Below are positions 33,844 through 43,066 of a stretch of DNA of 64,000 bases, piece by piece (positions within the stretch are counted from its first letter, which is position 1; each line of letters opens with the position of its first letter). Source of the DNA: an uncultured delta proteobacterium. Its GTDB lineage: Bacteria > Desulfobacterota > Binatia > Binatales > Binataceae. The translations under genes were made by a program, and so were the position numbers. A model generated the notes under the pieces. That model saw nothing but the letters and a program-made list of their open reading frames with translations. It searched no databases and was not told the origin of the DNA. The DNA lies in assembly GCA_963765675.1 (NCBI GenBank), contig CAVXXK010000001.1, forward strand, positions 160,001-224,000, in the 5' to 3' direction.

Positions 33844-34887
33844 TTGGCAATTTCAGAAGCAATTAATCGCGATTCGCACGCTCCCCACGATTCACTCGAT
33901 TCGCTCGAACTCCACTTCGACGACCCGCGCCTGTTCACCGATCTGCTCGGCCAGCACGATGCGCATCTGCGCACGCTCGAGTCCGCGCTCGGCGTGAGAA
34001 TCAGCGGCGCCGGAACCGCGCTCAAGATTTCCGGCCCGCATGCCGAACAGGCGCTCGCGGGCAAAGTCCTGGGCGAGCTCTACGATCTGCTCAAACGCGG
34101 CTACCCGATCTATCCGAGCGACGTCGAGTACGCCCTGCGAATCCTGCGCGGCGACCGCAACGCCGAGTTGAAGGATATCTTCCTCGACACGATCTACGTC
34201 TCGGCGCACAAGCGCGTCATCTCGCCCAAGTCGCTCAACCAGAAAGCGTATATCGACGCGATTCGCGCGCACGATATCGTGTTCGGAATCGGCCCCGCCG
34301 GTACCGGCAAGACTTACCTCGCGATGGCGATGGCGCTGGCGGCGCTGATGAAAAATCAGGTCACGCGGATGGTGCTGTGCCGGCCCGCGGTCGAAGCCGG
34401 AGAGAAGCTCGGCTTCCTGCCCGGCGACCTGGCCGAGAAAGTTAATCCCTACCTGCGCCCGCTCTACGACGCGCTGCACGACATGGTCGATTTCGACCGC
34501 GCGCGCCGGATGCTCGAGCGCGGCACGATCGAAGTCGCGCCGCTGGCCTTCATGCGCGGACGCACGCTCAACGATTCGTTCATCATCCTCGACGAAGCGC
34601 AGAACACCACCTCCGAGCAGATGAAGATGTTCCTGACCCGGATGGGCTACAACTCCAAGGCGGTGATCACCGGCGACGTGACGCAGATCGATCTGCCGAG
34701 CGGCAAGCTCTCGGGACTAAAGGAAGCGCGCACCGTGCTGGCCGACACCCCGGGAATCAAGTTTGTGCACTTCACCGACCGCGACGTGGTGCGCCATCGC
34801 CTGGTCTCCGCCGTGATCCTCGCCTACGAATCCTTCAACGCCGACGGCTCGACATCTCATCCGGGCGACGATCGATCGCGGAGCTAG
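33844..34887 (+). CDS. phoH: PhoH family ATPase (YbeZ)
   Basis: GPAGTGKTYLA, RPAVEAGEKLGFLPG, APLAFMRGRT and DEAQN. Confidence 0.95.
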   Translation: MAISEAINRDSHAPHDSLDSLELHFDDPRLFTDLLGQHDAHLRTLESALGVRISGAGTALKISGPHAEQALAGKVLGELYDLLKRGYPIYPSDVEYALRILRGDRNAELKDIFLDTIYVSAHKRVISPKSLNQKAYIDAIRAHDIVFGIGPAGTGKTYLAMAMALAALMKNQVTRMVLCRPAVEAGEKLGFLPGDLAEKVNPYLRPLYDALHDMVDFDRARRMLERGTIEVAPLAFMRGRTLNDSFIILDEAQNTTSEQMKMFLTRMGYNSKAVITGDVTQIDLPSGKLSGLKEARTVLADTPGIKFVHFTDRDVVRHRLVSAVILAYESFNADGSTSHPGDDRSRS

Positions 34888-34894
34888 AGCTTAA

Positions 34895-35383
34895 GTGACG
34901 GTCGGGTTCCGAGCCGATACGGCGCGCGCCGGCCGTTATGCGAGTGCGATCCGATCCGATGCGGCGCGGACCTTGCGCGCGATGGGACTTTCGCGCTGCG
35001 AGCTGTCAGTCGCGATCGTCGATAACGACGCGATCCGCGCGCTCAACCGCGAGTACCGCGGCAAAGACCGGCCGACCGACGTGCTCTCGTTTTCGCAGCT
35101 CGAAGAGCCGGGCGCGCCGCCGCCCGATCCGGCCGCGCTGATCGACGATCCGGCGACGATCCTCGGCGACGTCGTGATCTCGCTCGATACTGCGCTGTCG
35201 CAGGCCCGTACTCAGGGCGTCACCGCGCGCGAGCGCCTGCGCACCCTGCTGATCCACGGCGTGCTGCATCTTATCGGCTACGACCACGAGCGCTCACCGA
35301 GCGACGCGCGGCGGATGTTCGCGCGCGAGCGCGAGATCGCGGCGGCGCTCGCGGCCTCGCGCCGTCGGAGCGCCCGGCGATGA
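34895..35383 (+). CDS. ybeY: rRNA maturation endoribonuclease YbeY
   Basis: LNREYRGKDRPTDVLSF and HGVLHLIGYDH. Confidence 0.95.
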   Translation: MTVGFRADTARAGRYASAIRSDAARTLRAMGLSRCELSVAIVDNDAIRALNREYRGKDRPTDVLSFSQLEEPGAPPPDPAALIDDPATILGDVVISLDTALSQARTQGVTARERLRTLLIHGVLHLIGYDHERSPSDARRMFAREREIAAALAASRRRSARR

Positions 35384-35928
35384 AGCGCGGCGCGCGCGAT
35401 CTGAAAACGGCCGCGATGCTGACGCATTTCACTCGCGCGTCGAAGGCTAGTGCCGCGATTGATAATCTGATCGCGATCCTCGAGCATCGGATGATTCGCG
35501 GCGGGCGGCGGATGGTGCGCGGCGGCGCGTCCGCGGTATGCCTGTTCGACGCCGCGCTGTCCGATCTGCGCGCGCTACTCGTGCGCAAGAATCGGCGGCG
35601 CTACGAGCCGTACGGAATCGCGATCGATCGCGGCTACGCCTTCGCCCACGGCGCGCGGCCTGTCATCTATCTGCCATGGCGCGAAGCAAAAGAGATCGTC
35701 GCGCCGCGAGAGTATTGGCGCGTCGTGAGTATCGAGCTCGACGGCAATCCTCCGGTCGATTGGACTCACGAGCGCGAATGGCGCGTGCCCGGTGACCTGC
35801 CGCTGGACCCGCGAACCTCGGCGGCGCTGGTTGAAAACTGGCACGACGTGGATACGATCTACGACCACTTCGGCGGCCGTCCGCCGTGCGCCGGAGTGAT
35901 ACCGCTCAGCGAATTGTTTGGCTCATGA
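35380..35928 (+). CDS. Hypothetical protein, AbiGi/DUF2971-like
   Basis: LTHFT..NLIAIL, VCLFD, YGIAI..GARPVIY and DWTHEREWR; ATGA overlaps with both neighbours. Confidence 0.65.
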   Translation: MKRGARDLKTAAMLTHFTRASKASAAIDNLIAILEHRMIRGGRRMVRGGASAVCLFDAALSDLRALLVRKNRRRYEPYGIAIDRGYAFAHGARPVIYLPWREAKEIVAPREYWRVVSIELDGNPPVDWTHEREWRVPGDLPLDPRTSAALVENWHDVDTIYDHFGGRPPCAGVIPLSELFGS

Positions 35929-37553
35929 TGTCATCGAACTTCCTCAATCGATTCGCTCTGTGCGTCGCAAGCGGTCTCGCGCTGGGCATGGCGTTTCCGA
36001 AATTCGATTTCGCGCTGCTCGCGTGGGTAGCCTTCGTGCCACTGTTCTACGCGATCGAGGGCGAGACGCTCGGCCGCGTCTTCGGATGGGCGTTCCTCGC
36101 CGGCTTCGCGAGCTTCGCAACCTCGATGTACTGGATCGTGGTGCCGCTGCACGACTTCGCCGCCGTGCGAATCGAGTTCGCGCTGCTGCCGATGCTGCTG
36201 CTTGCGGCGGTGATGGCGCTGTTCAGCGGCTTTGCGATCTGGATCGGTGCGGCGACCGCGCGCCGCCTGAGGATCTCGATCGCCGTCACGATGCCGATAG
36301 CGTGGGCCGCGGTCGAATTGCTGCGCACCTATTTTCCGATCGGCTTTCCGTGGAACCTGCTCGGCTACACCGCCTATCAGCATCTCGAGTTGATCCAGTT
36401 TGCCGAGTTTACCGGCGTGTACGGCATCTCGGCGTTGATCGTGTTCTTCAATGCCGTCGTCTATCTCGTGCTGCTGCGGCGCGGCGGCGCGCGCGCACAG
36501 GCGGTGAGCTTATCCGTGCTGACCGGGCTGATGATCGTGGTCCTCGGCTTCGGCGCGTGGCGGCTTGCCGATCTTCGCCATGAGCAACCCGCAGGAACGA
36601 TCCGCGCCGCGATGGTCCAGGCGGATATTCCGCAGTCGCTAAAGTGGGATCCGAATTTTCTCCCGCAGAGTTTCAAGATCTATCAGGATGAAACCACGGC
36701 GATCGCAAAACGCGGCGCCGATCTGATCGTGTGGCCCGAGGCGGCCGCCGCATTCTACTTTCAACCCGACGATCGCTATCCACCCGAGTTCGCCTCTGAC
36801 GACGCGTATCGCACCGCGCTGCTCGGTCTGGCGCGCTCGATCGGCGTTCCGATTCTGTTCGGCGCACCGGCGCTGGCCGAGCGCGATGGGCGCCTGGGAT
36901 TTTACAATCGCGCCTACCTGGTTTCTGCCAAAGGCGAGGTCGTCGCGCATTATGACAAGATGCAGCTCGTGCCGTTCGGCGAGTACGTGCCGTTTCGTCC
37001 GATCCTCGGATTTATCGTCCGCCGCGTCGTCCCCGGGCTCGATTCGATGTTCGCCGGAACCGAGCAGACGCTGTTCCCGCTCGGCAACGCGAAGCTCGGC
37101 GTATTGATTTGCTACGAGAGTATCTTTCCCGATCTGACCCGGCGCGAAGTCAAAGCCGGCGCCGACGTGCTGGTCAATATCACCAACGACGCGTGGTACG
37201 GAAAAAGCTCCGCGCCCTACCAGACGCTCGCGATGGCCGCGATGCGCTCGGCGGAGACCAAGGTGCCGATGATTCGCGCGGCGAACACGGGGATCACGGC
37301 GGTAATCAAGCCAAGCGGCGAGATCACCGAGCGCACTCCGATCTTCGAGCGCGGCACCGAAATCGGCCTCGTCGAGTGGCGCCCGGTCCGCACCTTCTAC
37401 ACAATCGTCGGCGACCTCTTCGCCGAACTCTGCTTCCTCCTGACCGCGCTCGCCCTCCTCGCCGCCTGGCTCTACCCGCGCAAGCTAAAACCGCTCGCCG
37501 CACTAGCCGAAACCCTCGCCACCCAAAACGGCCACTCCCGCGCCACCCATTAG
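35925..37553 (+). CDS. lnt: Apolipoprotein N-acyltransferase
   Basis: GFPWNLLGY, VWPE, YDKMQLVPFGEY, ICYE and TNDAWYG. Confidence 0.95.
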   Translation: MMSSNFLNRFALCVASGLALGMAFPKFDFALLAWVAFVPLFYAIEGETLGRVFGWAFLAGFASFATSMYWIVVPLHDFAAVRIEFALLPMLLLAAVMALFSGFAIWIGAATARRLRISIAVTMPIAWAAVELLRTYFPIGFPWNLLGYTAYQHLELIQFAEFTGVYGISALIVFFNAVVYLVLLRRGGARAQAVSLSVLTGLMIVVLGFGAWRLADLRHEQPAGTIRAAMVQADIPQSLKWDPNFLPQSFKIYQDETTAIAKRGADLIVWPEAAAAFYFQPDDRYPPEFASDDAYRTALLGLARSIGVPILFGAPALAERDGRLGFYNRAYLVSAKGEVVAHYDKMQLVPFGEYVPFRPILGFIVRRVVPGLDSMFAGTEQTLFPLGNAKLGVLICYESIFPDLTRREVKAGADVLVNITNDAWYGKSSAPYQTLAMAAMRSAETKVPMIRAANTGITAVIKPSGEITERTPIFERGTEIGLVEWRPVRTFYTIVGDLFAELCFLLTALALLAAWLYPRKLKPLAALAETLATQNGHSRATH

Positions 37554-37621
37554 AGTAAACAGATTGTGGCCATTACTACTATTGCCGATGGCTCTTGTGA
37601 GATAATTGGGATTGGGGTGCG

Positions 37622-39121
37622 ATGACAAAACGGGACGTTCTTAAGCAGACTTCCTTTGGCTCAACGATCGCCGAATACGAACGTACGGAGCTCAGTGCCT
37701 ACTTCGTGGAGACCGACCAGTGGCGGCGGATCCTCGCAGGTGAGGTGGATGTGGTATACGGCGCCAAGGGTTCGGGCAAGAGTGCGATTTACTCCCTGTT
37801 ATTGAGTCGGGCCAATGAGCTATTTGACCGTGGTATAATTGTGGTTGCCGCTGAACAACCACAAGGGGCGCCCGCATTTAAAGATTTGGTCGAAGACCCT
37901 CCCACATCCGAGGTCGAATTTCGGAATCTTTGGAAGCTTTACTTCTTGATATTGCTAGCTCAAAACGTCCGAGAATTCGATATATCACCGAAGATTTCCA
38001 AAGACGTGATTGTACGCTTGGAAGCCTCGGGCCTACTCGAAAGAAACTATTCCCTCAGCGGACTCGTAAGGTCCGCACTTGACTATGTTCGAAGTCTGAT
38101 CACGGCTCCCAAGAGCCTCGAGACTGGCATAAGGATAGACCCGGTGACCGGTCTCCCTGTTGAGGTGACGCCGAGGATCACCTTCAGAGAGCCGAGCGTA
38201 GAAGAGCGGCGCTCCGGAATCATCTCTGTCGATGACCTTTTGCAAATTCTCAATCAAGCCCTCGCTGAATCCGGATACCATGTCTGGTTGCTGCTAGATC
38301 GCTTGGACGTGGCCTTCGCTGAAGTCCCTGACCTAGAGAGGAACGCCTTGCGCGCACTTTTCCGCGTATATTCAGATCTACGCGCGTTCGAAGGGATTTC
38401 CCTTAAGATCTTCCTACGAACAGATCTTTGGCGCCGAATTCTTGACGAAGGTTTCAGGGAGGCCAGCCATATAGCTGCGCGGCAGGAAACCATTTCGTGG
38501 GATGAGCAGTCCCTCTTGAATCTGGTAATTCGACGGGCACTTCACAACGAAGCGCTTCGAACATATTTCGGAATCGCGGAGTCGGAGATTCTCGGAGACG
38601 CGACGAAGCAGGAAGAGCTTTTCTACCGAATCTTCCCAGATCAGGTGGACCGAGGCTCACGTCGCCCCGATACATTTCGGTGGATGCTCGACCGAACCTG
38701 CGATGCGACCGGGCAAACCGCGCCGCGCGAACTAATCCACCTGCTCACCACGGCGAGAAAAGAGCAGATGAAAAAGTTCGAGCTTGGATCCGAGGAAACT
38801 GACGGTGAGAACCTATTCTCTCGCTCGACACTCAAGGACGCATTACCGGAGGTTTCGCGGGTCCGGTTTGAGCAAACGCTTTGCGCGGAGTTTCCCGAGC
38901 TACGTCCACGCATGCAGCAACTCGAGGGTGAAAAGAGCGAGCAAACGCCCGAGAGTCTAGCCAAGATATGGCGCGTTACTGAAGACGAAGCAGCGCGGTT
39001 GGCTAGCCGAATGGTTGAGATAGGTTTCTTCCAAGCGCGAGGCACCAAAGAGGAGCCGCGATATTGGGTTCCGTTTCTTTACCGAGACGCATTGGACCTA
39101 GTGCAGGGCGCAGCCGATTAG
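37622..39121 (+). CDS. P-loop ATPase, Sll1717-like family
   Basis: SFG..IAE N-terminus, Walker A GAKGSGKS, Walker B LLLDRLD, KIFLRTDLW and PRELI; GC visibly lower than the flanks. Confidence 0.8.
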   Translation: MTKRDVLKQTSFGSTIAEYERTELSAYFVETDQWRRILAGEVDVVYGAKGSGKSAIYSLLLSRANELFDRGIIVVAAEQPQGAPAFKDLVEDPPTSEVEFRNLWKLYFLILLAQNVREFDISPKISKDVIVRLEASGLLERNYSLSGLVRSALDYVRSLITAPKSLETGIRIDPVTGLPVEVTPRITFREPSVEERRSGIISVDDLLQILNQALAESGYHVWLLLDRLDVAFAEVPDLERNALRALFRVYSDLRAFEGISLKIFLRTDLWRRILDEGFREASHIAARQETISWDEQSLLNLVIRRALHNEALRTYFGIAESEILGDATKQEELFYRIFPDQVDRGSRRPDTFRWMLDRTCDATGQTAPRELIHLLTTARKEQMKKFELGSEETDGENLFSRSTLKDALPEVSRVRFEQTLCAEFPELRPRMQQLEGEKSEQTPESLAKIWRVTEDEAARLASRMVEIGFFQARGTKEEPRYWVPFLYRDALDLVQGAAD

Positions 39122-39226
39122 CAACAAAGGTATCCCACACACAGTTGCAACTAATCGTCCCGCGATCCGTTCTTCTGCAGTATCTTATGCCGCAGAACGA
39201 GATGCGTAACCGAAAGGAAAAGGAAA

Positions 39227-39553
39227 ATGCAGACCCTTGTGCAAGTGCATTGTTCTGGAAGAGGATCGCTGAGGGCAAATATCGGAAATGACACAAAACC
39301 TCTAAGCAAATTTGCGTTGCAGGTGGTCCGCCAGAAGAAACACGGGCGACGTTATGGATGGTCGAAGCTTAAGAGCACGTCAAACGCCGACGGCGCGGTC
39401 AATGCAGAGTGGGATGGGAAGACGAAAACACTTTCATGCCGGATCGTGACGCGCCTCGCGGGAGACCCGAGTGAGATAACCGGCGATTTCGTCGCCTATC
39501 TACTGAGTCGGTGGCGGACGAGAATCCAAGTTATCAACGTTTTTCCACCGTGA
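39227..39553 (+). CDS. Hypothetical basic protein (108 aa)
   Basis: AAGGA RBS; plausible globular sequence; no recognised motif. Confidence 0.6.
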   Translation: MQTLVQVHCSGRGSLRANIGNDTKPLSKFALQVVRQKKHGRRYGWSKLKSTSNADGAVNAEWDGKTKTLSCRIVTRLAGDPSEITGDFVAYLLSRWRTRIQVINVFPP

Positions 39554-39654
39554 GTGATTGTCGCGAGAGGTCATTAATTTATGTACCCTGATGTGGCAAT
39601 ATGTTTAGCGAGCTGGCTTTGAAGCCCAGTCACCGTTTGAGGCATAGTTGACCC

Positions 39655-40807
39655 ATGATCAGCGACATGCGACAAGAGCTCGCCGACTTCGAGGATCGCG
39701 CCGATAAGCTCGGGAGGCGTCTTTGACGTCCCCGGACTGAACGCCCGCCAGAACCAGCTTCTCGAACAATCCAGCAAACCCGATTTCTGGGATCGTCCCG
39801 ACGCCGCGCAGGCCGCGTTGCGCGAACAGGACCAGATTCGCGAGCGCCTCTCCGGCTTCGAGCGCCTGAAGAAGCGGCTCGAAGAAGCGCGTCTGTTCCT
39901 CGAGATGGCGGCCGAGGAAGCTCCCGCCGAAAGCGGCAAGGACGGCAAAGAAGACAGCGAAGCCGCGCGCGAGGCGGCCGCCGCGCTCGACTCCGCGCGC
40001 GAGGAGCTCAAGCAGCGCGAGTTCGAGGTGATGCTCGGAGGCGAGTTCGATCGTCTGGGCGCGATCGTCTCGATTCATCCCGGCGCCGGCGGAATGGAAG
40101 CGCAGGACTGGGCCGAGATGCTCTTGCGCCTCTATCTGCGATGGGCCGAGCGGCGCGGCTTCAAGACCGAGATCGCAGACCTCCAGCCCGGCGACGGCGC
40201 CGGAATCAAGAACGCCACCTTCGAGGTCGAGGGCGACTTCGCCTACGGCTACCTGCGCGCCGAGGCCGGAATTCATCGCCTGGTCCGCATCTCGCCGTAC
40301 GACGCGAACGCGCGACGGCATACCTCGTTCGCCTCGGTGTTCGTGTTCCCCGCGATCGACGACAAGATCGAGGTGACGATCAATCCCGCCGACTTGCGCA
40401 TCGACACCTATCGCGCCTCGGGCGCCGGCGGCCAGCACGTCAACAAGACCGACTCGGCGGTGCGGATGACGCATATCCCGAGCGGGATCGTCGTGACCTG
40501 CCAGAACGAGCGCTCGCAGCACAAGAACCGCGCGATGGCGATGAAGATTCTGCGCGCGCGGCTGTTCGAGCTCGAAGAGCGCAAGAAGCGCGAGGAGCTC
40601 GAGAAGTTCAGCAAGGACAAAAAAGAGATCGCGTGGGGCAGCCAGATCCGTTCCTACGTCCTGCAGCCCTACCGTATCGTCAAAGACCATCGCACGGGCG
40701 TCGAGATCGGCAACACCGACGCGGTCCTCGACGGCGCGATCGATCCATTTATCGAGGCGTACCTGATGGGCGTGCGCAAGGGCGACGCCGCCGCCGAGCC
40801 GAGTTAG
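39655..40807 (+). CDS. prfB: Peptide chain release factor 2 with programmed +1 frameshift
   Basis: GGGAGG-cgt-CTT TGA C at 39712-39727; SPY (SPF-type) anticodon motif, GGQHVN and WGSQIRSY. Confidence 0.97.
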
Positions 40808-40904
40808 ACAGCAGTTGCGTTCGCGGCGCGGCGCGCGCAAAGTTGCATTACGAAACTGACGACGCGCTCGCTCCGGCGCGGCCGATTCCTGGAGGATAAT
40901 CCCC

Positions 40905-41624
40905 ATGCTCGATCTCTACTTCTGGCCCACGCCCAACGGCTACAAAATCACGATGCTGCTCGAGGAGCTCGCGCTCCCCTACGTCGTCGTGCCGGTCAAT
41001 ATCGGCAAGGGCGATCAGTTCGAGCCGGAATTTCTGAAAATCAGCCCCAACAACAAGATGCCCGCGCTGACGGATTCCGAGGGTCCCGGCGGCAAGCCGA
41101 TCTCAATCTTCGAATCCGGCGCGATCATGATTTATCTCGCCGAAAAGCACGGCAAGTTCATGCCCACCGAGCCGCGCGGCAGATACAACGTGCTGCAGTG
41201 GCTGATGTTCCAGATGGGCACGGTCGGCCCGATGCTCGGGCAGGCGCATCACTTCCGCCGCTATGCTCCCGAACAGATCAAGTACGCGATCGATCGCTAT
41301 ACCAACGAGGCCTCGCGCATCTACAACGTGATCGATCGGCGGCTCGCGGAGGGCGAGTACCTGGCCGGCGACTACTCGATCGCCGACATGGCGGTTTATC
41401 CGTGGCTGGTGCCGCACAAAATGCAGGGCCAGGAACTCGACACCTATCCCAATCTCAAGCGATGGTACGAGGCGATTCGCAACCGTCCCGCTACGCAGCG
41501 CGGCTTCGCGGTGATGGCCGACACGGTCGAGAAGATGCGCGCGGCGGCGCAGGAGCGGCAGAAACCGCACGACCAGGAATCGTGGAATAATCTCTTCGGC
41601 AACAAGCAGTTCGAAAAGCGCTGA
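40905..41624 (+). CDS. Glutathione S-transferase (YfcG-like)
   Basis: TPNGYK, ISPNNKMP, FESGAI and GPMLGQAHHF. Confidence 0.92.
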   Translation: MLDLYFWPTPNGYKITMLLEELALPYVVVPVNIGKGDQFEPEFLKISPNNKMPALTDSEGPGGKPISIFESGAIMIYLAEKHGKFMPTEPRGRYNVLQWLMFQMGTVGPMLGQAHHFRRYAPEQIKYAIDRYTNEASRIYNVIDRRLAEGEYLAGDYSIADMAVYPWLVPHKMQGQELDTYPNLKRWYEAIRNRPATQRGFAVMADTVEKMRAAAQERQKPHDQESWNNLFGNKQFEKR

Positions 41625-41662
41625 GCGGATCCGCGCGCGGTTACTTGCCGTGCGAATCTGAA

Positions 41663-42439
41663 GTGGACGGCGAGCGTCAACCCTCCGAACTTTCGCCGCG
41701 CGCGATCGGTAGGGAAATGGTGCTGTGCGCGGCGACGCTGACGCTGTGGCCAATCCTGAAGGATGACGCGCGCGGCACTCCCGACGATCGGATGCGCGCG
41801 CTCGAGCTCGCGCCGGTTATCGGGCTCGCGATTGGCGTCGTGCTCGCCGTGATCGATCGCGCGCTTGTCCCGCTGCTGTCTCCCGGCATGCGATCGATTG
41901 CTGTGCTCGCGATCGCGTTCGCCGCGATGCTGGGGCTGCCGTCGCGCGGAATCGCCGACACCGCCGAGGCGCTGCGCCAGGGCGCGCGAGTCGGACCCAC
42001 AGGACTGTCACGAATCGGTCCTCTTGGCGCGGCGGTCGCGATCGCGGCGTTCGCTCTGGAAGCCATCGTGCTCGCACAAATCGTTTCTCCGGCAGGACGC
42101 GCGAGTGCGATCGTGATGTCCCAGATGCTCGGGCGATTCGCGATCGTTCCGGTCGCCTACGGGCTGCGGCCGCTCGAGCGATGGGGTCTCGGCCTGCCTT
42201 ACGAAGTCGCCGTAACCTTTCGCGAGTTCGGCGTCGCCAGCGTGATCGCGCTCGGCCTGACCACGGTCCTCTACCAGAATGTCGGCTTGATCGTGGTGGT
42301 CGCGTTCGCGATCGCGGTCCTGCTGATGCGCCTGGTGTTCAGCCGCAGGCTTGGCGGCGTGGCCGGATACACGCTCGGCGGCGCGAGCGCGATCGCGGAG
42401 CTGGCCGTCCTCGCAACCGTCGCCGCGCTGGTGCGCTAG
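41663..42439 (+). CDS. Divergent CobS-like membrane protein
   Basis: P.IGL.IG, GIADTAEAL, SRIGPLG and RRLGGVAGYTLG..E follow the CobS layout, but key His/Asp residues are absent; start codon uncertain. Confidence 0.65.
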   Translation: MDGERQPSELSPRAIGREMVLCAATLTLWPILKDDARGTPDDRMRALELAPVIGLAIGVVLAVIDRALVPLLSPGMRSIAVLAIAFAAMLGLPSRGIADTAEALRQGARVGPTGLSRIGPLGAAVAIAAFALEAIVLAQIVSPAGRASAIVMSQMLGRFAIVPVAYGLRPLERWGLGLPYEVAVTFREFGVASVIALGLTTVLYQNVGLIVVVAFAIAVLLMRLVFSRRLGGVAGYTLGGASAIAELAVLATVAALVR

Positions 42440-43041
42440 CGGTTGCGCTCCAGTGCGCCACGCCAGACCCACTCAACCTCGGCGCGCAACTCTTCGAGCG
42501 TGCCGTCGTTTTTGATCACGAGACTCGCATGCCGCATCCGCTCCGCGTCGGAGAGCTGCGCGCGGATGCGCGCCTCGGTCTGCTCGCGCGCCATCCCGCG
42601 GTCGCGCTCGACGCGCTCGATCACGCGCTCGCGCGCGGCGGTCACCAGCCAAATCTCGTCGCACATCGGCATCCAGTTAGCTTCGATCAGGATCGCCGCT
42701 TCGACCACGATCGGCCGCGTCTCGCCACGCGCGCGGATTTCGCCGACCGACTTGCGCAACGCGTCGAGAGTGGCGGGCCATACGATATCGGTCAACGCCT
42801 TCAACTTTTCAGGCTGCGCAAAAACGATCGGGCCGAGTTTTTTGCGATCGATCTCGCCGTCAGCATCGAGAATCTCGCGGCCGAACGCCTCCACGACTTT
42901 GGCGTACGCCGGTCCGCCGGGAACGTAGGTCGAATGCGCAACCTTATCCGCGTCGAGGCTCGGCGCACCAAGCTCCGACAATATTTTCGCGACCGTGCTC
43001 TTGCCCGATCCGATTCCGCCCGTCAGTCCGATTGTCAGCAT
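42436..43041 (-). CDS. coaE: Dephospho-CoA kinase
   Basis: IGLTGGIGSGKSTV, DADKVAH, IDRKKLG and RIRAQLS. Confidence 0.95.
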   Translation of the reverse strand: MLTIGLTGGIGSGKSTVAKILSELGAPSLDADKVAHSTYVPGGPAYAKVVEAFGREILDADGEIDRKKLGPIVFAQPEKLKALTDIVWPATLDALRKSVGEIRARGETRPIVVEAAILIEANWMPMCDEIWLVTAARERVIERVERDRGMAREQTEARIRAQLSDAERMRHASLVIKNDGTLEELRAEVEWVWRGALERNR

Positions 43042-43066
43042 CTCGATTCCTCTCGTCCACTCAGGT

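Noticed and set aside
39712-39727. In-frame TGA in prfB as a pseudogene or selenocysteine codon
   Set aside because: This is the well-known RF2 autoregulatory +1 frameshift site.
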